From Camelus dromedarius (taxonomy: Eukaryota), in contig NC_087437.1 in the NCBI RefSeq assembly GCF_036321535.1, positions 114,454,001-114,518,000 on the forward strand: DNA of 64,000 bases, written 5' to 3'. Below are positions 1 to 11,000 of the stretch, in pieces. The position numbers and the translations under genes were made by a program. How positions within the stretch are numbered: the first letter of the stretch is position 1; the number at the start of each line of letters is the position of its first letter. The notes under the pieces are model-generated. The model did not search any database, had not been told where the DNA came from, and worked only from the letters and a program-made list of their open reading frames with translations.

Positions 1-114
1 CCCACTAAATACCAGTTACTCAGGATACTCCATTTTTTTTTAACAATCAAATATGTCTCCAGACATTCTCAGATGTCCCCTGGGAGTTAAAAATCCCCTG
101 ATCGAGAACCTCTG
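1..114 (+). mobile_element. MER20-like hAT-Charlie MITE, 3' part (runs off window start)
   Basis: TGTCTCCAGACATT..AGATGTCCCCTGGG..GAGAACCTCTG matches the MER20 terminus and the full copy at 16614-16855. Confidence 0.8.
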
Positions 115-119
115 TATTA

Positions 120-2551
120 GGACATCGATGGTACTTGCTGCTTCCTGATCAGTATGCCCAATAGCATGATGTCATTAATAGGTGGGCAGAGTGATGTCCT
201 GTAAACGTCAAGATGAGCAGGGTCCCTGCAGACACGTAGACAGTGAATACACTGCTGCCCTTGCCGTGTGAGGGCCAATGACTACAGATTCTCCTCATCG
301 ATGGGGATTGAGAAGAAAGCATTTGCCAGATGAGTGGTCCCACAGCAACTGTGAGCTTGTGTGCTGGTCTTCACCAGTCAATGTAACACACCCAGTACAG
401 CAGCTTCAAAAGGGATTACCACCTGAGTAAGTTTAAGGTGGCCTGATAACACCCGCCATAATTCATCTGGTCACTACAGGGACACGGTGGGTAAACTGAA
501 TGGAGATATTATGGGAACCACCACCTTGCATCCTTTATGTCTTCAAATATCTACCATCTTCCCCTCAGACACAGAATTACTTCCAATTTCCCACCTTGAA
601 TAAGAGGAAAGAACAGTTTCAGGTCGTTTTACTTAGCTCTTCCAACCATAATGTCCTACACTTCACAAATCAGGAAACCTACTGAGAGTTCTGCCAACCA
701 TTAAACACACCTATCCCCTTTGGGAATCTGAGAAGTAGCCACGGGGTAGTCTTGTGGACCTAACGGACCCATTATAAAATGGACTTTGGATAAAACCTAA
801 TTTGTCACCTGGTCTCCTATAGCTGCTGATCTAACTGTTGGACCAGTACGTGGCATTTCAGACCCCCTGGCACTGGTGTCAGCTCCGACCTTGTATACAG
901 CAGAACCCAAAAAGTCTGGCTAGGCCCCATTCTCCAGCACTAGTTTTTTGGGGGAATATCTACAGATCCCTTGAAGGAGGGGATTATAAAAATAAACTTT
1001 CATGTATACTTGTGGGAAACAGGAGTGTCCTTCTTCAAGGGGACCTCAGCCTCCTCTAGAATCTAAGGGTTCTAGATGCGTAAGCTGACTTACATTTGAA
1101 AACTGAGAGGCCAGAATTTTCCATTGTAGTGACTGATGTTAACATTCTGCTCTCCAGCTTTCTGTTTTGTTATTATTATACAATTTGAACAACACCCTGG
1201 TCAGCTGTCCATCTGCCTCCTGGCTGGGAACACCATGATCCAGGAGCTACACATCCCTGAAGGCGAAGGGATGCTATCTGCTACTCTGCCGTGCTTCTGG
1301 TGATGGTAAGTGCGGCCACCTCTGCCTCGGGTGGTTAACAGCTACCACCTAGTCTTTTAATTCTGGAATCTCATTATCTCCATTGACACCAAGGAGCCTG
1401 GGGCAGTGTTTCTCAGCATTAAGCCCAGCCTACAGAAGACAGACACCAACCTCTCAAAGATGTCAGTGAGCCCTTAACTTGTGCACTCATATTGCCTTCA
1501 GAAGGAAGCGTCCTCCAGTCTCCTTCAAGAAACACAGCTATGTGGAGGGTTCTGAGGTTTTACTTAATAAAGACATCCTAATATTCCCAACTCTCAGAGC
1601 CTTACGCTTCCTTCATACTGTCACCTCCGCCTTATCAATTGTAGGCCATCATCCTAAATGCCAAGCTGTCACCACAACAGACTAAAAGACCAGCTCCAGG
1701 GGACCATGACGATGTAACACCCTCCAGATCCACTCCTACAGGTCTTCGCTGGTACACGTCTGCCAGTTCCTGCACGTCCTCTGACACACAGATTGTTGTC
1801 CTTGGAGCATTTACTTCCCCACCGAAGCCGTGCTCAGACCTGACTCTGGCTATTACCCAGGAGACAACGAGGGATGATGGGGACCGATCTTGAGAAAAAC
1901 AACGGTCAGCCGTGAAGCATCTGGTCTGTGAGGTCATGGTGTGATCAAATGGGGATGGGAGGCTCATCTCTCCAAGTTGTCGGGACAGCTTCTCCCAGCT
2001 GAGAAGCTTCAGGCCACTTAGGCTCCAACGGTCTCAGTCTCTGCCAGGTGAAGGTCACCACCCAAGGTCGCAGTGTCCCGCTTTTTCCCCATCAGAGACT
2101 TTTCTTTGACACTGAGGAGCCATTAAGTCTGTATATTTAGCCTTTGCGTCACTGCCACCTTATAATCAGATCCTAATTTTAAAACCTCTGCCCTGCAGTG
2201 TTGGGAGGTGAAAACCCCCTTTAAAGCAACCACAGGAATATGCCGGCTTTCAAAGGGAGCCTCAAGAGAGCACCTCTCATTTTCTTTTTGCAGGGTTTCC
2301 AAAGCCTTCACAGATGATTACCCCACACCAGGATTATTATAGTTATCATTATCCCAAAACAGATCTGGTGACACAGCGAGCTGATATCTCAACACGTGAC
2401 CTCCAGCTCCTCCTTGTCCTCACTAACTTCAGATAAAAGCCAAAAAGATTCAGTCACTGTGATCTATCATATGCGGGGAGTTGCCACCACATACCCACCA
2501 CTGCCAAAGCCACCAGAGGGTCTACTTTCCAGAGCCAACCTAGGTTCCAAC
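120..2551 (-). mobile_element. Degenerate class III (ERVL; ERV3-16A3-like) internal region: gag-protease-RT
   Basis: Minus-strand translation gives INDIMLLG (about 156-179; cf. YIDDIMLIG) and LANAFFSIP (303-329). A KDAGVVIP/SPF-like segment lies near 500-535, a protease-like remnant near 860-920, and gag-like VKEKSLMGKKRD near 2075-2110 (cf. VKVRALIGKEWD). Many stops and frameshifts. Confidence 0.85.
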
Positions 2552-3086
2552 CATCCTGGCCCAGGTTCTCTACAACAGACTGTGGGGCATGTTTACGCGC
2601 TAACACTTCCTTGAAGAGTAGGATCCTAGAGGAGCACGGGTGGGAGGGAAAGGCCAGCAAGGCAGCGGAGAGGCGCCCAAACGTGTGGGTGCAGGGTGAT
2701 GAGCTGGCCAAAGCTTTGTGACACAGCCTGGCTGAGTGTATGGCCTCACGTGATGTCTTCAGGAAGGCTGCAGGGACGGCTGCATCTCAGAACAATTTCT
2801 GGGGGTGGAGGAGAAAGGTAAAGGAATTCACTGACCAGCCCCTTCCCATCCGTCACCTCCCATTGGACAAAATTGCCCCCATGGGGTTTTAACCTCTCCA
2901 CACTCCCAAGATGTTTCCCAGGCTCCTCTGGGGCGCTGGTCCCCTCTTGCTGGTCAGGCTGCATGGGGACCCGCTTAGCCTGAGGCGTGATTGCAGGAAC
3001 TGAGCAAGTCATTGCTGTAGGAGCTCCAGCAAGGAGGCAAAAGGGGTGTGCAGATCCGGGCGGGTACATCTGCTGAGTCTGGCAGA
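2552..3086 (-). mobile_element. LTR16-like ERVL LTR (5' LTR of the adjacent provirus)
   Basis: Contains CTCCCATTGGACAAAATTGCCCCCATGGGGTTTTAAC, similar to LTR16. Directly abuts the internal region, which starts GTTGGAACC on the minus strand. Confidence 0.65.
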
Positions 3087-3816
3087 AGCCTGGGACACTA
3101 GCCTTGCATTTGGATATAAATAAGATCAACGAGATGGATATAAAGAAGGTCATTTCAGCACAGACACAAGGACTTAGAAAATCACGCAAAATCTTTTCTT
3201 ATCCTTTCCAAACTCGGGTCCTTAGATTTTTTTTTTAAAGAAACATTTCTTATCGCTAAGAGGTTGATATTTCCTTAATACATTCATTGAACTTGCAAAA
3301 GTAACCACAGATTTTCCAGGAATTCTATCTGTTTAACCAATAAAGTTAATGTAGAAAACCAGAGATGTTTTAAATGATAAATTCTATGCCATTGGCTTAC
3401 TACTGTTATTCTGTCCTGCAGATTTTTGCTTTAATTAGTCAAATTTCACAAATTCTCCACTTTCATTTCTACTTTGTAGCCTAAGTTCCTTCTTATAGCC
3501 TCACCCACTCTCCAGCTAAAGGATGTCTCTGACTGCAGGGCAACTCTACCTGTGTGCTGGCGGGAGGAGCTGAACTGTCTGAAACTACAATTTGGTAAAA
3601 TACAAGACAAAGGGATGGAGGGAAAGGAAAGGATAAGAAGGTCTCCCATTTGCACTTACCACGAGCCAAACTGAAACTGAGGGCCTTGTGCATTTTGATG
3701 GTAAAATGTACCATATCTGACATCATCACGATTCTGCTCTTAAAGCGGCATCAAAATCGACCACATCATATTTTATCGGAATAAAGAAAATTGTTCTTTT
3801 AAAAATATTCCAGTGA

Positions 3817-3982
3817 GGGTGGGACTTCACAATGGCAGAGTATTAAGACGCAGTGCTCACCGTCCTCCACGAATACATGAAAAATACGTCTACATGTGGA
3901 ACAGTTCTCACAGAACACCTACTGAGCTTCGGCAGAATATCGCTGACAATTGGCACTACAAGGAAAGTCCTCACAAAACCAG
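3817..3982 (+). mobile_element. L1 5'-UTR head-only fragment
   Basis: GGGACTTCACAATGGCAGAG..AATACATGAAAAATACGTCTACATGTGGAACAGTTCTCACAGAACACCTACTGAG resembles cetartiodactyl L1 5' ends (YY1-type AAGATGGC-like start). Confidence 0.7.
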
Positions 3983-3992
3983 AAAAAAGATA

Positions 3993-4151
3993 AGTTTCTA
4001 CTGTACAGCACACGGAACTATATTCAATATCTGGTAGTAACATATAATGAACAAGAATATGAAAAGGAATATATGTGTGGACATGTATGACAGAAACATT
4101 ATGCTGTACGCCAGAAATTGACACACATTGTAAACTGACTAAACTTGTTTT
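3993..4151 (+). mobile_element. Young L1 3' end (5'-truncated)
   Basis: L1 3' UTR (..ACATTATGCTGTACGCCAGAAATTGACACACATTGTAAACTGAC) flanked by AAAAAAGATA at 3983-3992 and 4152-4161. Confidence 0.85.
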
Positions 4152-4170
4152 AAAAAAGATACTGCACTGA

Positions 4171-4370
4171 TGAGGAGAAAAGGATTAACAGATACACATC
4201 ACTACACATAAAATAGATAAGCAACGAGGATTTACTATATAGCCCAGGGAATTATACCCAATACCTTGTAATAACCCACAATGGAATATAATCTGCAAAA
4301 AAAAAAGAATCACTATGCTGTATACCTGAAACTAACACAATATTGTAAATCAACTATACTTCAATTTAAA
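4171..4370 (+). mobile_element. L1 3' end (5'-truncated)
   Basis: L1 3' UTR with A tail; TSD AAAAAAGATACTGCA(C/G)TGA at 4152-4170 and 4371-4389. Confidence 0.85.
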
Positions 4371-5379
4371 AAAAAAGATACTGCAGTGAAAGTTTTTATT
4401 ACTAAGTGTCATTTTGTGATATGAATAATCGCAACTAATTTTATCTGTTTTGCATGTTCAAATCTACCCAAAAATCTTTCGGGAGAATATCCCTGTATTT
4501 CACATAGTTGTATTTAGGGCTTAGTATCCAAAACAAGCTTCATGTTTGTATTAAATGAATAATACAAGGCAATACAACTCCATGCAGATAGAAACCAGGA
4601 GCAAAAACAAAAATGCATTCGATATCAAGAGGGCAGACTTGCTGTGCCTACAAAAACTCCTGTTACAGCACACCCAGGACAACGTGCTGTCACCACGTTA
4701 TTCTGAGTTTGCATTCAGTAAACCACCATTCACATAACATGCGGATACCAAGACAGGGCAAAGTTTAGAGAGTATTGTTTCCTTTTAATCTTCCAACATC
4801 ATGAGGTGTGACACGTACGCAGCTATCTTTGGATGGCACAACTTCCAAACGTCCACTGTGTCCATCCCCTCCGTGCACCGCCACCCACTCACAGAGGAAC
4901 ACGATAGATAGCTCTGAAGTAGAGACAGCCTGCACAACATCAACCCGCATTTGAATATGGAGGGGACTGGGGTATTTTCAACAAAAATATCCTCTGTCGA
5001 CACCAATCTTTCAGACGGGATCAAAAGTGGACTCTCTCAGACATCCAGGCAAATAAAGGTTCCACTTGGTTCCCGGCCATAGCGCCCACTGCCAGGTATC
5101 CAAGAGGGTGCCTCCGCAAGCAGACTTTGCTTTAGGTTCTTTACTTTTCAATTTATTCATTTTCTGGAGTAAAATGAGGAATAAAATTACATAATTGAGA
5201 GCCACACAGGAAAAAGACTTTCCACAACAAAGGCATCCACAAAATGCTTGCAGAAAGAAGGAAGCAAGGAAGGAAGGAAGGAGTGAATGAACATATCTGA
5301 GTGTGACATGGCACAAGGATTCTTCTGTACGTAAGCTCCTATGCAACCAGTTAAAGCTTCGGTAATATAAACGAAGCAA

Positions 5380-5505
5380 ACTTTTAATGAAAAAGAATAT
5401 GAAAATGAATATATGTTTGTATAGGCATGACTGGGACATTATACTGTACGCCAGAAATTGACCCATTGTAACAGATTGTACTTCAATTTAAAAACTAAAT
5501 AAATA
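5380..5505 (+). mobile_element. Young L1 3' end
   Basis: AATGAAAAAGAATATGAAAATGAATATATG..GACTGGGACATTATACTGTACGCCAGAAATTGAC followed by an A-rich tail. Confidence 0.85.
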
Positions 5506-5710
5506 GATAAACTGAACAGTGTCTTTTTTGTCTTTTTTTTGAATCATATAAACAATGATCACACTTATTTTTAAAATAATACTACTAAAATATGGAAAAT
5601 AAGAAATGAAAGTTCCCAAAGTCCTATTCCTGAGATGTTACCTTTGTTAACAATTTGCTGCCTATTCTTCCAGGATTTTTTCCCCATGTGTATATAAAAT
5701 ATATGAACAC

Positions 5711-5860
5711 AATATCTTGTAGTAACCTACCATGAAAAAGAATATGAAAATGAGTATGTGTATGTCTATGTATGACTAAAACATTATGCTGTACACCAGA
5801 AATTGACACAAAATTGTAAACCGACTGTACCTCAATAAAAAATAAATATAAATAAATAAA
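5711..5860 (+). mobile_element. Young L1 3' end
   Basis: L1 3' UTR with (AAAT)n tail; TSD-like TAAAATATAT..ACA at about 5695-5710 and 5861-5875. Confidence 0.85.
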
Positions 5861-6794
5861 TAAAATATATACACATATTTTTAACAAATGGGGTCATAAA
5901 TTGCATACTATTCTGTAAGTCACTTTTTAAATCTAAGTCTCTATGACATTTTCATGTCAGAATGTATAGTAACCATACCTCACTTCTTTAAACACTGAAT
6001 AATATTCCGTAAGTCACTTAACGGACCCCCTAGAGATAAAGCAGTATGATTGTCAGGTCAAAAATATAGGCACTCGTTTTTAATCAGGTATTGTCAGATT
6101 GTCCCTAAAATATTATATCACCGTCATCAACACTAAGTGCCATTCTTACTACACGTGATCTCTTGGAGGACATGCTATTCCATTGTTCTAATTTGCATTT
6201 ATTTGATCATCAGTGAGAGTGAGCATCTCTTCTGCTTATAAGCTCTTTATAGGTTTTCTTCTATGAACTGCTTTTTCATATCCTTTGCCCATTTTAAACT
6301 GGATTGTTAACTCTGATTTGTAGGCACTAAGGCACTTACATCAATCTTTTTAAATTACATATGGCGAGTATTTTCCCCAGCTTGATCTGCTTTTTTTAAA
6401 TTGGAGTTTTATGGATTTTAGTTACATAGAAGAGCTCTGTTTGAATGCTATCAAATACAACATTCTCAACCATTTGACTTCTGGGCCATATGTCATTTTT
6501 TTAAATATTTTTTGCCCAGTCCAACATAATGAAAATATTTCCTATGTGTTTACTAGTATTTTAATAATTTATGTTTAAAGCTATAATCGTTTCAAATTTA
6601 CTTCTGTATGTGGTACAAGTTAGAGATACAACTTACACTTTAAATGTTTTAACTTCTTAAGTCCTAGATTTATTATTTTGTAATTTTACCAAATTACAGC
6701 CAGATGTATAAACATAATTTGTTCAATAATTTATCCTTTCTTCGCTGGTTTAAAATGCCTTTTTTTGGTCACATACCAATTCTCCACATACAGT

Positions 6795-6945
6795 TGAAGG
6801 TTTTATGAGCGAAGACTGAGGTCTTTCAGAAGAAGCAGCAATTCTGCCCAGCACAGCAACGCAGACACGCTGGTTGAGTCTGTCTCCAGCCTGCCGGGCC
6901 TGCCCTGCGGAACCTGGACCAGGACAGCAACATCAGCCCTCAGCA
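6795..6945 (+). mobile_element. MLT2-like ERVL LTR fragment
   Basis: TGAAGG..AAGACTGAGGTC..AATTCTGCC..GTCTCCAGCCTGCCGGGCCTGCCCTGC. Confidence 0.65.
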
Positions 6946-7659
6946 TCCTGTTCACCCCCTGGTCTCATCCCAGGCCAGAATCTCACTCTTAGAAGTACTG
7001 TAACTTTATAGTCCATTTTCACATCCAGGAAAGTAAGAATCTCCTTCATTCTTCTTTCTCAAACGTTTCTTGGCTCTTCTAGAGCACTTGCTTTTCCAGA
7101 TTAACTTCAGAATCCAATCCACCACAGCGCAATCATATATAGTCTGCCTTAGAAGATTCCCTCTCTTCCTCCATCCAAAGTATGCCAATTGGGCCTCTTC
7201 TGTGTGCTGGCCCTCGTATCCAGGGACTGTTCTTGCAATGGCTCCAAGCAGCAGAGAGCCCACAATCCAATACGTTGTAGACTAACAAACAGAACATTTC
7301 CGCAGTGGTGGGGAAAACAGAGGATGGCCTGGATGTTCAAAGAGGGGTCGCCTAACCCAGATTCAGAGCTGCACGAAAGGTTTCCATAGGAGGTGATACC
7401 TCAACCTTGACACAAATAACCAGAGAGTTAGCCACGGAAGACTGAAGGAGAGGAGTACTTCGGGGAGGCAGAAGAGCAGGGCAGTAGGGAAGAGAAGACA
7501 TGCTGAGGCTGAAAAGACTTGAAATGTCCGATTTGACTGGAACATGCTGGCCAAGGCCAGGAGCCATATGAAGGAGTTTGAGTTCTTTCCCAAGACCAAC
7601 GAGCTGCCTTTAAAGGGGTTTTGAGCAGAAGAGAGTGAAGGAAATGTGTCAGAGATACT

Positions 7660-8040
7660 GAGTAGTCACTGATTGCCCAAGCACACCCACTCTTCCCAGG
7701 GAAGTGTCGCACTGTCACACGAGGCAATGTCACTGACCGGTTCTGGTCAGTGGGCTGTGAGTGGAAGTGATCTGTGCCATTTCCACGCTGAAGCACTTAA
7801 AAACTGACCCTCCCCCCATGGTCGCCACAGCAACCTGCAAGCCATATACAGAGATGCTGGCTTCCCAAGACGGAAGCAGCCTGGATTGCCAAGTCCCAGC
7901 ACAGAGGGCAGCTGGCCTGAAGCTCTCCCAATCCACACTGGAATTTTCACAAGCAAGAAAGAAATCTTCATGGTGGGAGCCACTGACTTCTCAAGGTTTA
8001 CATACTGCTACAGCACAGCCTAGTGCTAACCTGACTGAAA
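7660..8040 (+). mobile_element. MLT1I/J-like MaLR LTR
   Basis: GTTCTGGTCAGTGGGCTGTGAGTGGAAGTGAT..GGAAGCAGCCTGGAT..ACAGCACAGCCTAG..CCTGACTGA. Confidence 0.65.
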
Positions 8041-8479
8041 AAAGTTTCCAAACACGATCGATGACCGGGGATCTGGCTTTTCAATGCCCCGCAACATCAT
8101 CGAAAATCCTTGTCTTCAGAAGCTGAGGACACTCCTTCCTCTTCTGGGGAGAAAGGGACTAACGTAGACAATGTCGTTCCTATGCCTTCTCGGCAGCTTA
8201 CAAATGACTTCATTATGAACGGTTCGCTCTATTGAACAGGCGTGAGGTTCTTCCTGCGCAGGGAGCTCTAAGCAGTCTGTAATTATCCATCTTCCTTTCT
8301 TACGTCCCTTTGTTCTTTTCGCCCTGGCCTTCTTCCAATCTCTCTTCGGCAGTGAGACGGTCCTGGCTGATAACTCGAAGGTGGCAGCAACAGCCAGAAG
8401 CAACGTCTTTACTTCCAGCCCCGCTGCACCTCCATGGAGAGAGGACAGACTCCTTAGCCCTGCTGCTCCTGCAGGCAGG

Positions 8480-8665
8480 GTGACCTGAGTACAAATCCAG
8501 CCTGGTCTCGTCTTTGTATGAATTTTGAGAGTTCATTTACTTCTCTGAGGTTTGATTTCCTATTATGCAAAATGAGGACGGTGATACTTACTCAAGAGTC
8601 TTACCGGGATCATAGCAAGTAACAAATGTGAAGTTCTCAGCACAGGGCCTGGCGCAGAAGGTGAA
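8480..8665 (+). mobile_element. MIR
   Basis: MIR core-like TTCTCTGAGGTTTGATTTCCTATTATGCAAAATGAGG and 3' end CAGCACAGGGCCTGGCGCA. Confidence 0.65.
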
Positions 8666-9499
8666 TTCCCTAGGAGTCTGTTTCCCTTCTTCCTTTGCAC
8701 TTTCTTATGAGGGAGAAACTGAATCTCCTCAGATCTCCACGGTTTAATCCCACATCTGTTTATGTGGGCCTTTTGATGGGCAGAACCACATACTGAAGTC
8801 TGTGGAGGATACAAATGATTGGATAGTCTAGCTGGGGAGGCAAGACAAACTCTTGAGGAAAAGTTAACAGTCATATTAATTAAATGTGTAAATGCCTAAG
8901 TGGCTAATAGAAGCCACAAGTGCTAAAGAAATCCAAAAAGGAGAAAAACATGCTTAGGCTCCGGGGATTGAGGCTAAGGATTCAGCACAGGGCAGTGGGA
9001 GGGCGGAGGCAGCTCTGCTTCCCCAAAGGCCAGGTCTCCCAGCACTGAGCCAGCCGTCTCGCTAGTCTGGGATGGTCTTCAGATTGACAGTTGTCCCAGT
9101 GATGACAGAGTTGGGACAGATTTTCGGACAGTCTCTGTCTGCTCAAGGCAGATACTATGTATTGATTCATGGAAGTATAACAAATTTTTGAATGAATATG
9201 CCCACCCTACAAACGATTCTGGAGGATCCACTCTGTGTAAGGTGCAAGGGTGGTTACTATGGGGCTGTACCTGGCACTGAAGGCTGGGGCTGTGCTGGGT
9301 ACCTTTGCTAAGCCAGAGCCGAACACCAGCACCAGGCAAACTGTTGGAATAGGTTCCCAGGGCTCTGCAAACACTGCCTACAAATGCCCTCAAACTTCTA
9401 CATGGGCAAGGTCAGCTCTGTCCTGGGAACACCACCATCAGCTCACTCAGCTGTGTATGCGCTGTGACCTAGACATACGGCTCCTTTCAGAATCTCACA

Positions 9500-9615
9500 C
9501 GGGTGATGACCATTTAGTAATGTTTGGAAATATCAAATCACTCAGGTGTGCACCTGAGACTAACAAAGTGTTGTGGTCAACTATACTTCATTTTTTAAAA
9601 AGAGAGAAAGAAAAG
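9500..9615 (+). mobile_element. L1 3' end fragment
   Basis: GGTGATGACCATTTAGTAATG..ATCAAATCACT..CACCTGAGACTAAC..GTCAACTATACTTCA followed by an A-rich tail. Confidence 0.75.
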
Positions 9616-9796
9616 AAAGGACATGTCATCACAGTATTCCAGTAGGTTCTGCTTGCAGTGAGCAATATTTACATTATTATAGTGTTGCAGACACTCATTA
9701 TTGACCTAATTAAAAGCATGATAAAATTTAGGGGAGAGAATGAGGCAGGAGAGACGGAGGAAGTCTTCATCTCTTATTCATAAATTTAAAAGTCTT

Positions 9797-10240
9797 TGGT
9801 GGGTTGGGATAAATTAGGAGTTTGGGATTAACAGACACACATTACTATATATAAAACAGATAACCAACAAAGATCTACTTTGTAGCACAGGGAACTATAC
9901 CCCGTATCATATAATAACCTATAATGGAAAATAATCTGAAAAAGAATAAACATAAACAGACAGGTGTGTGTGTATGTGTATAACTGAATTGCTTTGCTGT
10001 ATACCTGAAACCAAGTCATCATTGTAAATCAACTCTATGTCAAAAAAAAATAAATGAATAAATATAAATGAAAATAAAAATAGCTTTTTTCTTTTCTTTT
10101 ACTTGTACCTATATAAGGTGGAAGACGTTAACTAAGCCTACTGTGGTAATCATCTCACAATATATGTAAAGCAAACCATCATGCTGTTGCCTTAAATTTA
10201 CACAGTGATGTGTGCCAACCATTTCTCAATAAAACTGGGG
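9797..10240 (+). mobile_element. Two tandem L1 3' ends
   Basis: GGGATAAATTAGGAGTTTGGGATTAACAGA..tail near 10080, then an older L1MA-type end GTGGTAATCATCTCACAATATATG..TCTCAATAAAACTGG. Confidence 0.8.
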
Positions 10241-10519
10241 GCGGGGAATCTAACAAAGCTCCAGGCACCATTCCCAAAGGAGAACATGTATTTTACTGTG
10301 ATCCTATCATATTAAGTATGTGAAAATATGCAAAGTTGCATATCATAATATATCCACTGGCATGCTGATATCAAATGGCACATTCAAAGGTCAAGATAAA
10401 ACCAAAATAAGTCAATAGTAATTAGGTCAAAATTCTCATTTCTGCTTCTTTCCAAACCCTCTGGGTACATGGAAATGTAAGGGAATAGCAGGTTGATTGC
10501 TCTGCAGACTTTAAGAGAA

Positions 10520-11000
10520 ACACAAGCCAACAGTGTGACACAGCTGCCAAAAAAACAAATGCAATCTCAGGATGGATAAATTAATAGATGTATAGTGTCA
10601 TAAACAAAGGAGGTTACAGATCTCCGAACATGACCAACATGAGGGGTCCATATTGCAACTGGGAAACTCCTGCAGGAGGTGACAGTGTTCCTCCTTCTCA
10701 CCAGAAAGCAATGAGGACATTCAGACAGGAAATAAAACAAAACAAACACCAGTGCCATCTTTAAAAGTTGCAAGAACCACAGTATGAAGAGAGATGGGTT
10801 TTCTTCATATAGTTCCAAAGGGCAACCCTGAGACAAAAAGACAAAACTGAAAGGGAAACAATTTTCAGCCAAATGTGAGGGAAATCTTTCCAACAGTGAA
10901 GGCCGCTCAAAACCTGGAACAGTCTCATGAGGTGGTGGGCATTCTGGCACTGAAGCTTTCCTACAAAGGTGCCTTTCCACTTTTTTGGCTGCATGGAAAT
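10520..11000 (+). mobile_element. CR1/L3 LINE fossil (end of RT region)
   Basis: AGCCAACAGTGTGACACAGCTGCCAAAAAAACAAATGCAATCTCAGGA encodes SQQCDTAAKKTNAISG (cf. CR1 SQQC..AAKKANAILG). The downstream text fits the L3 3' region. Confidence 0.7.

Larger units (their letters stand above)
5540..7140 (-). mobile_element. Ancient L1 (L1ME-like) remnant interrupted by younger inserts
   Basis: T-rich antisense ORF2/3'UTR-like text (TTTTCATATCCTTTGCCCATTTT, TTGGCTCTTCTAGAGCACTTGCTTTTCCAGATTAACTTCAGAATC). Confidence 0.6.

Noticed and set aside
3660..3738. Minus-strand exon ending at a gtaagt donor (also donors at about 13408, 36198, 36415, 36955)
   Set aside because: Weak acceptors and no recognisable peptide; several such hexamers are expected in 64 kb.
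3817..4151. Novel bipartite head+tail mini-L1 family
   Set aside because: The tail has its own AAAAAAGATA duplication, so two separate insertions explain it more simply.
8116..8536. Overlapping minus-strand ORFs with charged C-termini
   Set aside because: Driven by purine-rich composition; one begins inside a MIR; no homology recognised.
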